Below, in pieces: positions 13,561 through 25,600 of a stretch of DNA of 64,000 nucleotides. The translations under genes were made by a program, and so were the position numbers. Positions within the stretch are counted from its first letter, which is position 1. Every line of letters begins with the position of its first letter. The notes beneath the pieces are model-generated. The model worked only from the letters and a program-made list of their open reading frames with translations. It was not told the origin of the DNA and searched no databases. Source of the DNA: Camelus ferus (lineage: Eukaryota); contig NC_045712.1 in the NCBI RefSeq assembly GCF_009834535.1, positions 25,854,001 to 25,918,000 of the forward strand, in the 5' to 3' direction.

Positions 13561-14074
13561 CCTGTGATAGGGGCTGTGGCTGGGTCGCCCTTCCCCAGGC
13601 ACAGAATAGGCCTTGTGGTGTACACTGAGGCTAGCAGGGAGGGAGAAACAAACAGTGCCAGCCTCACTACTTGACAGGCCTCTCCACAAGCTTGGGTGGG
13701 AAGGTATCTCTGAGCAGAGGGTGAAGAGTCAGAGGCCAAGGGACCTCCCAGGCAGGTCATTCTGGTCTTACTCTGTAGGGCCTGAGGCCTGGGCTACTCT
13801 GGTGCCCAGGACACTTTGTGACTGTCCAACTTAAAGGTTCTGGGCCTGCCTCTAGCCAACTCTGAAGTCAGGGGAGAGCAAGTTGGTATGACAGAGGCTG
13901 ACACCTCAGACCCAGACTCTGGCCCGGCCTATCTTCTTAGCATTCAGAGTATTGGCTAAGTCTGTGGATTGGGGATCCATTTATAAAAGTCAGTGGTCAC
14001 CTATGAAAAGAGGGCCTCCTGGTTGTCTATGTTTGCTACAATCTTGTCCCTCTTTCATTGACAGTGTCTGCCTC

Positions 14075-14275
14075 ACTTTCCCCAGAAGCACACCTGGAGA
14101 CTGAGATACAAGTGCATATAGTTAATGTGAGATGAGGACAGGAAGCACCAGCAGACGAATGGCAAGGAGACAGGGAAAGCAGTCAATAAAGGGTGTGTCA
14201 TCAAGCAAGTTCCCACTGTGGGCAACTGGGACCAAATCCTTCTGAAGACTCTGGGAACCAGTGTAGAACTTGGGC
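14075..14275. mobile_element. Old ERVL-type LTR remnant (LTR33/LTR16-like)
   Basis: CCCAGAAGCACACCTGGAGAC...GGAAGCACC...AATAAAGGGTGTGT...CCCACTGTGGGCAACTGG resembles this LTR class from memory; the family is uncertain. Confidence 0.5.
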
Positions 14276-14979
14276 ATCACATTTTTGTTCCCCTCAGAGC
14301 AAGGGTTACTAAGCTACTCATTCTCAAATCTTTATCAGTCCTGGGTTGAGAGGAAAGGTGCCTTTGGTCATAGCAATAGAGACCAATCTGACCCTTCAGA
14401 CTCCTAGGGTTTATTTTTACTGGTGTCCTCTCATCTGGTGCTGCTTGGGCGGTGGGCCCTATAAGCACCACCCTCTGCTGGCTCCAGGGTACAAGCGGAA
14501 AGATTGAGATCCCACTCTTTTAGGCCAAAGGTCAAGGATCTGGAGAAGAGTTAAGACTTGAGGGAGGGCTTCCTATCATTGAGGGAGCTGAGGCTGGACC
14601 AGGATCCTCCCATCATACCTGTGGGCATGTTTGTAAGCAAGTACACTCAGGCCCACACAGATATAGTGGGACTCTCAGATTGGACATGCCCAGCTTTGGG
14701 CTTACGTGCAATACATGTGTGCACACCAGCCTTTCAAGCCACATGCAGTAGGCTGCATTCTCAGAAAGGGGGGGGGGGTCTGCTGTCCTCAGAGATACAC
14801 CTGCTGCAAAATAAAGGAACTCCAGTGGGACACTCTCAGGCAGGGGGTACTCCTCTTTCACCTTCTGGTCAGGTACCTGGGACAGAGGCAGGCCTTGTCA
14901 GTGGCTGCAAGCGGACTTGCGAATGAAAGATGGCTTGGACCTTGCCAGCAATCCCTCGCAGATGTCGCTGCACCACCAG

Positions 14980-15680
14980 GTCCCTGAGAGAGGGTGTCCG
15001 GCTCAGGCACAGTCCTGCCTCGGGCAGCGTCTGAAAGCGCCTCTGTCCCTCACACTCCTGCACAGGCCCGCAAGAGTTTGGAGCGGTCCCCGCAGCCACC
15101 TCCTCCAGGAAGTCTTCCCTGGTTCCTACTTGTCCAGCCCCCAGACTTTGGGGGAAACGGGGTCTTGAGGGGTCAAGGGTCACTAGGGCGGGCCAGATCC
15201 CGGAAGCGGAAGCGCAGCGCACTTCCGGTGCGCAGCGGGCGGCCATGTTGGAGCAGCGGAGGCGGCGCAGAGGCGCGTCCTGTGTCCCCGCGGCGGCGCC
15301 GGTAGGTTCGGGCCATGGGCCTAGCCACGCCGTGGAGGGGCCGTCCGCGAGGCGGCCGGGCGGATGGGCCGGGCGGCCGGTTCCTTCGGAACCCACGCCC
15401 TCCGCCGGCCCGGCCGAGACTCCCAACCCCCACCCCGTACCCAACGACCCCACCCTGGGGCTGCGCGACCCAGTCGGGCTCCCACCGCCCACCCCGTGCA
15501 TTTTGCTCCCTCCAGGACCCCCGCTCCTACCCGCATCTCGGGCCCCAGGAACGCCGACTCCTAGCCCGAGGGCCCTGATCTGTCCCCACCCCAGTTCGGC
15601 TCGGATGGGTCCTCTCCCTTACTGCATCTTTCATCAGTCTCCCCTGTCGGCCCCGGGGGCACGTGTGAAGGGAACTCAGG
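14980..15680 (+). promoter_or_regulatory. CpG island, promoter and non-coding exon 1 of CCDC71 (divergent from KLHDC8B)
   Basis: CCGGAAGCGGAAG and ACTTCCGG ETS-type sites (~15199-15228), a YY1-like GGCCATGTT at 15241 and donor CCG|GTAGGT at 15301/15302. Confidence 0.75.
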
Positions 15681-17232
15681 GGTCGGGCTGCAGTATCTGT
15701 TTTCCGGAACCTCTTGAAAAGCCCGGAAGACCCCTCCCAAGGGCCCAGACCGACTTGGGCAGAAGAGCCCCCAGTTAACTGTTCCGGAAAGTAACAGGCT
15801 CCTCATTCCACAGATCAAAGCCCTGGGAACTACCCGCCCTGGGGGAAAAAAAGTACTAAAGTCAAGTGCAAGGGCTGTACTTGGAGAGTGGCCTCTGGAG
15901 AGGAGAAGAGCCCGAGACAGCTGAGGATCTAAGAATGTTTCCAAACAAAGAGCTCCAGGGCACTTCCTCCAGGGAAAACTTCCTCTGCTCCATTAGGGCA
16001 GAGGAAGTAGCTGCACAGACGCACCTCTTGGCCCCAGGGACTTGCTTGATCCCAGCTGATCTTTTAATGCTTTGGTGCAGCTGCGGAGCTGCCTCTGGGG
16101 CCCCTCATTGCTGGGCTGGGCTGGAAATTAGTCATGATTGACTGCCTACAGCTTCTTTAGAGAAGCCTGGGGCAACTTGGGTCTTCCCAGACAGCTTCAA
16201 ATGGCTGTACCGAGGTCTGCAGCCCTCTAAGCCCTAGGTAGGACAATTCAAATGTCCAGTGTCTACTTTATTAACCATGTTACTTAGAGTCATTAGCTCC
16301 CACTGTCAGACCTTGGGCTCATGGTCTGGCTGCTTGGCCCCAGGCTGCTTGATTGCCTAGAGATATGTTTCTAGTACCTGCTACTCATCATCTTTTTAGT
16401 TTCTGTTGAAAGAAAGTCTGGCTCTTTCCCTGGGGTTGGTCTCCATGACTCTGGTACTAGGAGTTGGACCTCCCAGTGGTCTGTCTGGGAACTCTGAAAG
16501 CAGAACTTCTGCTTGGGAGGAAGATTGGCCCCTGGGCACCTGAACAGCAGCAACTGGAGGAGCAGAGATGATCATGGACCTTGGGTGTAAGTCTGGGCCC
16601 TTTGGCCAGCATCCAGGGAGCATTCAAAGCTTATATTGCCCTACTTTCACCTGCTTTTCCAGCTGGACCTCCCAGCCCTGACCACAGATTTTAGTCACAC
16701 TCAAGTTTGCCTTACTCTTTCTCACTTCAGAGCCAATGCATTGGCTGTTCCCCTTTTTGCTCTGTTTCCGTCTGGTCCTTTCCTGTTCATCACTCGTGTC
16801 CCACCTGGGTGTTCTTATCCCAGGAATCCTTCCCTGACCCATTGGCAAGCTGAGCTGGGTGCCAGTGTATACTCCCAAGAACCTTGAGGGTATCTTTATC
16901 TTGCATCTTGTGCAGGTCTCCTGAAGGACAGAGATATTTGCCTGTGTTCACAGTGTTGAGAATAATACTAGAGAGTTGGCCAAGCCCAAATCATTCCAGG
17001 GGCTGGACAACAGGTTGGATGGCTCTGATGAGCTTATGAGCACATATCCTGAAAAAACTGCCTCTGACTGTCCTCCACCCTCCACCATGGTAGATGAGGA
17101 GACCAGGGTTTTTCCCCAAGGAGTGACTCACTCTCACCAGGCCTCTCTGTGTCATTAGGTGTTGTGAAAAATGCTGGCCCTGATTGACTTACCTACCTGT
17201 CCTGTCCCCTGTCTTGGTGCCATTCTTATTGA

Positions 17233-18768
<1,536 letters not shown>

Positions 18769-21700
18769 CTTGTTTGTGGAAACTGAGCCCAACTATCTGT
18801 GTGGCCAGTGGCACAGTGTGCAATGCCCATGGATTCCACAACTCCAAGGACTCCAGGTGCCTCTCCAGGACCCTTTCAGAGACTGGAGGATGTGGGGTGG
18901 GGTGGGCGGGTGGGAGGGGTGGTCTCATGGCGCAATGCACTGTGACTTGTTAGTCTTCAAGTTGTATGTCCACTGTTCCATCTATCACGTTTTATACCTT
19001 TCCACTTCCAGTCTCCCTGCCCACCCTCCATGGTCTTTTTTGCGCGTGGCTGCCAGTAGGCCGGCTTGAGAGCATATGGGAAAATGTCCCCAGGAACAGG
19101 GATGCCAGAGCCTGTCTTGGTAGCCCAGGCAGTTCATTGATGTGAGTGAAATGGCAACTTTCTGGCCCCTGAGGGCAGGGGCAGAGCCGCTCTGAGGTGG
19201 GACACCTCCCCTTGGGGCTGCCCTGGTTTTTTATCCAGATGGGTCCCATGGAGGAGGCTAGTAGGTGGCTCTGTGGGGAATCTTGCAGGCAGCAGGTTTT
19301 TGGGCCAGTGAAGGGGCGGTGTAGACTGCTTGGCCTTGTCTCCCAGCCTGCTCTGGCTGAAACCTTGGGGCTTTGCCTGGGCTTGTCAGGGACAGACTAA
19401 ATTGGCTTAAGTACCCCTGCTCATTCTCCCTTCTTCTCCTTCCAAGAGAGGGACTAGCCTTGACTTACCCAGTTGATGGCAAGGGGTTGTGAGTTGAGTC
19501 AGGGCAGGGTGGCTCTGGGTTGTAGGGGCGGAGTCCTTTCACTGACTAGTTTTCTTGGATGGGTGGGGTAATGTGGTAGCTGAGCTTGGAGAGTGTCCAC
19601 TGCCTCTCAGTGCTTTCTGCCTGGGTTCCAAGTGCTCTGTATTCCCAGGTCCAGCCTCAGCATGCTTTCCAACAGGGGCCTCTGTTTCAGACATTATCGG
19701 TTCTTCTTGGTTTGGAGAGGGGGCAGGGCCCTGAGCCCAGAACAAAACCAGATCCCTGCCCATCTGCCAGTCCTTTGCTGGCTGCCCAGCATGAAAGGCA
19801 GTGGCTGGGGCTGGCGGGGAGGGGGACACATTCCCCAGAGGCTCCTGGAGACGAACAGCCTTTCAGGGCTAGGGATAGAAGCCTCATTTGAATGAGAATC
19901 AGATCTTTTCTGTCTCTGTGGGTTAGTCTGAACCCTGGCCCCACTAGCACCAGCTGCCTTGGATAACGGATCTCTAGAGAAGTTCTGTGTGCTTCCTGGT
20001 GCCCCCCTCCCCACCTTTCTTCTGCATCTGGTGGCTGTTATTAATATCCTTCCCCTGGGCACGGTCACCCTTCGTTGCCGAGGCTCTGGAGACCCCCTTG
20101 CTCCTAGCTACACCATTGCCCAACAATCATGCACACTCCTTGCCTCTGGCAGCCCTACTTTCATCTACCATGTGAATATGGGGAGGAACCTGAGGGCCGC
20201 ATCAGATCCTCAAGGGCAGTCCAGCTGCGGGCCCACTCTACATCCTCTCTCTCAGGCCTGATTCCAGCTCCCACCACTCAGGACCCCCAGCCGGGCTAAG
20301 TGCCCTTCTTTCAGCTCTGCTCTGCTATCACCAGTGGGTAAGAGGTTGTCTCTTTCCCTGAGAGCCATCAGTAGTGGGAGAAGAAATTACCAGGCCTCCT
20401 GGGACGGGGTGAGGTGGGGGATACCCCTAGGATCTCTACTCAGACCCTGCCCCTCCCAGTCCAGGCTTCCAGAACAGTTGCTGAGGAGGTGCCAGACACA
20501 CTTCCTCCTCCTGGCTGCTTCAGTGGCAGCTGCTTCCCACCTACCGGCAACCTGATTATTGGCCATGGCCAGAGGCTTCGAACTTCATCCACCTGTGGGC
20601 TCCATGGCTTTGAACCCTACTGCGTTGTCAGTCACCGACAGGTGAGGAGAAGGGTATGGGCTCTGCAGATGGTATCTGGGTTTTCCTGGGCAGGTGACCC
20701 AGAAAGCCATGGCATTGAAAATGTGGTCTCCCAGAGTGGTCCTGGTGGCAGAAAGACCTGGTGGCAAGAAGAGAGTGGTGAGGGTGCTTGTGTGCCCATG
20801 TGTGCAGGTCTGAGATCTGGGGTCAGGGCCTGGTCACTGACCAACCCTTGTGATTAACAGGTGTTGAGAATGTCACCATCCAGCTGGACCTATAGGGTGC
20901 CTTTTACTTTACCCACCTCATCATGACTTTAAAGGTGACCCAATGCCCCAGCCTAAAGACTTATTCTCTCCCTCCTGACTTCATGGCTACCAGTGATGGT
21001 TGTCCCTGGTGACCCAAGGACCTCCCCTCTGGTCCCCAGACATTCCGCCCAGCAGCTCTGCTCCTTGAACGCTCAGTGGACCATGCCACTCCTGGCATGT
21101 GTACCGCTACTTTGCCCACAACTGCTCAGGCCTCTTTCCTGGGATCCCTCCAGTCCCTGGCCACAGAGTTGGTGACCTCGTCTGTGACCAGCATTACTCA
21201 GATATCGAGCTTTCCACTGAAGGAGAGGTCAGGCCCAGAGGAAGAGGAGTTGGGCCCTGGATTGAAGCCACAAGCTCAGGCTTGCTGCTTCTTCAAAGGT
21301 AATTTTTGCAGTTCTGGATCTGGCCATTCTGGTGGAGAACCCAAACAGCCCCAAGATTCAGGGTAATTATCCACAGGCAGTCCTGTACTTGTGTGTCAGG
21401 AAAACCAGATCTCACTGAGGGGAGGTAGGGTCCTGAATGGGTATGTGCACCAGTTGGGCAGGGTGGCAGGCAAGCCAGCTCAGTCCCCCAAGCATTTTTC
21501 CCCAGCTCTGCCCCATCATGGTCGTCTATTGTGGTCCCTGTTATGGCTCTCCATTTCTGTCCCTTTACTGTTCCCCATACCTGTGCCCAGTGCATACAGA
21601 GTGGCATGGATAGCAGTTTCTCTCTCTGTCCCTTAGCCCTGTTGTTGAATTCCTTTGTGAGGCCCCATTGTGTTGTCTGTCATTTCTCTCCATTCCAGCC

Positions 21701-22239
21701 TAATCTCTGTCCCCCGGCTCTGCTCCTATCACTGTACCTCATAACTCTCCCCTTTGTGAGCCACTGTCACCATCTCCTATTACTGCCCCATCACAGTACC
21801 CTGTCATTGCCTTCCTCCCTCCTTGATTCATTACCCTGGCCATGATTTCATCAAGGATTCAGTTGCCCAATCCCTGAGGCTACCTCCAGGTGGCGCCAGG
21901 GCATCTCCGGGTGTGACCTGTTGTAAAGCAGAAGTCATGTTAAAAGGACAGGAGAGGCAGGACAACCCAGCATGGCAGCCCAGAGCCAGGCCAAGAGAGT
22001 ACCGGAGCAGGAGGACAAACCCTGAACTAGCTTTTTCTCTACACTCTCCACCCACTTTGACTTCAGTTGTTACCAGCTACTCATCCTGAACTTCCACTCT
22101 AGGGCCTAGAGCAGCTGTTTCCTGTTCCCCTAGTCAGGAGAAAGGGGAGCTCTGTTAAAAGAGGGATCCAGGAGGTGGCCTTGGCTTGGTAGTTGACGTA
22201 AGCTGTGTAGAGAAAGAGGAGCATGGACCCATCTCTCTC

Positions 22240-22610
22240 CATATGTGCATTTAACAAGTGCCCATTGAGCCCCACTGTGTGCCAGGTATCTTCTGAGCAG
22301 TGCTCAGTGAGGAGCAGACAGACAAGGTATCGGTCTTGGAGCTGACATAAAAATGAGAAAGGCAGTTGATAAATAAGCAAACAAACATACCTTATGTGGT
22401 TTGGCTGGATAATAAGCTGACTTCTAATTTGAATGATGAGCTGGGGAATGGAATCCTTTTCTACATTGAGGAAGAGGTTTCAGATATCTAGAGGTGCTAG
22501 AAAGGGATGTCTGGGAAGTGGTGAGATGTGCACGTCTCAGCTCAGGAGCGATATCAGGTCTGGAGCAGTGCACAAGTGGAATTATCACCATTAGGCTGTT
22601 CATCCTAGAA
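22240..22610 (-). mobile_element. LINE-2 fragments in a LAMB2L intron
   Basis: TTAACAAGTGCCCATTGAGCCCCACTGTGTGCCAGG...GGAGCTGACA L2 3'-end pattern. Confidence 0.6.
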
Positions 22611-25600
22611 TGGTATGCTCAGGGGAGCATGGGTGCTGGAGGAGGTGGCTGCAATGATGTAGAGAGGAGTGATGCACCCCAAATTCCTCCCCTCCATCCC
22701 AGACATAGAGGGATAACCACCAATGCACCTGAGGTCTCTTGATCTGTGTCTCCAGAGCTCCTGCATGTGACTAACCTCCTGTGAACTTCAAATTGCACAC
22801 ACTGGGTGACAGGCCCCTGGGGGGCCTCAAGGGACAACCCTTCTACTCCTATGCCCTCTATGAGCTTGTGGCCCAAGGCAGCTGCCTGTGCCACGGCCAT
22901 GCCTCAGTGCAGGCCCGCACCTGGGGCCCCAACCAACGTGGAAGACATGGTGAGAACCCTGGGAAGGGCATCCTGTGGCTGGTGGGGTGGGCAAGCTGGG
23001 GCACTGGGGCAGATTCGTCTTGCCCTCCTCCCTCCCAGGTGCATGGCCTTTGTGTCTGCCGCCACCACACAGCTGGGCCCCACTGTGAGCGCTGCCAAGA
23101 CCTGCACCAGGACCACCCAAGGCAGGCAGCAGAGCCTGAGCACCCCAACACCTGCTGGGGTAGGTGCCATGCCCTACTCTGCCTGGCCATACTTGCCATG
23201 GTCAGCCCACTCCATATCAACCTTCCTTGTTTGCCCCAGAATGTGAGTGCCATGGGCATGCCCGCAGTTGTCACTTTGACATGGCCCTGTATCTTGCATC
23301 TGGCAATGTGAGTGGAGGTGTGTGTGATGCATGTCAGCACAACACAGCTGGGTGCCACTGTGAGCTCTGTCAGCCCTTCTTCCACCGAGATCCCGGGGAG
23401 GATCCCTGCTCCCTTCACTCCTGCAAACGTGAGCCCTCCAACTCCCAGTTCCAGTCCTGACCCTGATCCTTCAGCTTCATGGTGAACTCTGACCTGACTC
23501 TGTTCTCACTTCTGACCCCTGATCCAGCCTATTACTGTGACCATATGGGTGCTCTGGAAGGGGGTTTGTGTGATACCCACACAGATGAAACCCAGGGCCT
23601 CCTTTCTGGGCAGTGTCGTTGCAAAGTTCATATCAGCGCTGTGACTCCTGCCAGCCTGGTCACTATCGCCTGGGCCCCACCCAGTCAGGGGGCTGCCAGC
23701 ATGAGTGACCCTCCGAGTGGACCCCTACTCCCATGTCCTCCTCGGTTCTCCCCCCTGATTATTGCCCTAGTAACATGGGCACCCACCTACCCCTGCAGCA
23801 GTCCCATTAGCATCCTGATAGCCCTGTGCCTTAGTCTGCAGGTACGATCCCTGGGGGCCAAGTCCCTGGCGTGTATGCCTGTGATCCCCGCAGTGGTGCC
23901 TGTCGTTGCACACGGTTTATCTCTGGATGGGACTGCAGCCATTGTCTGGTGAGGCTTGACCCACCTTCTGATCTTTGGTTTTGGGTGCTGAGCTTCTAAA
24001 AGCTGTCAAGCACAAGACTATAATCTGGGTGACTATAGACTGAGCCTTGCAGGTGGGTTGGTGTCACTTACCGACCTGGTCACCAGACTCGGCACCACCT
24101 TGGCTAGCTGTTTGAAGGAACACTGAGTGCATCTCCTTCTTGCCTTTCCTTGAATATTACAAATCTTTTACTTAACTTTTATTTTGACCCTGGCTGTATC
24201 CTTATCGTCTTTCCTCTTACGTCTTCTCCGCAAAGCCATGCAGGAGTACACCAGGGTCTCCTCTCCCCCTCTCAGCCAGAGGCAGAAGAGCATTCAAGCC
24301 CTGCACTCACCCTCCTTCTTCCTGCAACAAGCAGTCCCAGCATACAAGACCTCCCAACCCCTGACCCTTCTCTCCTTGCTCAGATCTTCCTTTACTTCCT
24401 CCATCCACCTGCTCTCTCTTGTAGCCCGAGTTCTGGGATCTGAGCACTGACTCTCTAGGCTGTCGGCCCCTTGACTGTGACTTTGGGGGTGCCTACAGCA
24501 ACAGGTATAAGGCAGGGCCTGGGGGTTTGGATCAAGTGGAAAGAATGGGGAGTTGACTCTGTCCCCTCCCTATCCCCACACTGGTCCAGGTGTTCCGTAG
24601 GGGAGGGCCTCTGCCTGTGCCGCCCCCACTTCCATGGCTGCCGCTGCCATGAACTCCAATCTGGGTATTTCTGTGCTGCCCTGGACCAAGCCACTGCTGA
24701 AGCCGAGCTGGGTCAGGGCCTCCAGCCTGATGACCCCCGGCTACCTGTGAGTGTCTAGGAAGGGCAGAGGCAGGGAGGGGTAGGAGGAAGTCAAGGCTCA
24801 CACCTTGGGGCTCAGGAGAGGGAGTGAGTGTCCAGAGAGTGCTAGTTGGAGGAAGAGGCTGGACAGGGTTAGGAAAGTGAGGAAGTCCAGGTGGAGCAGC
24901 GTCAGCATGGTCAGAAGTTTGATGTCTTGGACAGAGCTGATATTCCCAGGACAGTGTGTGAGAAGACAGGGCTAGAGTTTTGGAGGTACTGACACACAAC
25001 TTGCCCCCAGGGAGGCCCCTGGAATGCTCCCCACTGTACACAAGCCCCAGGGACCTCCCCTACTTGGCTCTGGCCCTGACTTCGGAGACAGCATGACCCT
25101 CGATGTGTCCTCCACCCTGCCAGGCGAGCCCATTACAGCCACCATCTACCCAAGGTGAGAAGTATGAGGAACGGGTTGGGTCACAGGTCACTAGCTCTTA
25201 GTAGGGACGAGGCCTAAGAACTGGGAATATGAGTCCCTGGGGGTCTTAGAGGAATGGGAACCTAAATCCTGAGGGTCCTAGGTCCTGGAGTAGATGGTCT
25301 GGGCCTGGGAATCTGTGTCTCACATCCAGGCCCTAAAGGAGCCCTGCCTCTGCATCAGGGAACTGGCTGTGCATTGTGGCCTGGCTTGGACTTTGCATGT
25401 GTGGGTGATGCTGCTGGCCTCTCTCTGCTGGCACCCGCAGCACCTCGGGTCCTAGAATATAACATTGTCCTGTGCTATGAGACCCTGGTCAGTGGCGTGG
25501 GTGCCAGGCAGGTGGAAGGGTGGTGCTGGGTGGTATGTGGGGGCAGCTCTATGACTGCTGACCCCTAACCCTAGGCACCTGGAAACTGGCAGGCATTAGT

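Noticed and set aside
12893-13567. 224-aa ORF over the KLHDC8B CpG island
   Set aside because: It starts at TTG in GC-rich, stop-poor DNA, has low-complexity G/A/R composition and no recognisable domain.
14869-15778. 210-aa and 177-aa ORFs over the CCDC71 CpG island
   Set aside because: They are explained by GC content; the plus-strand ORF runs through a strong splice donor at 15301.
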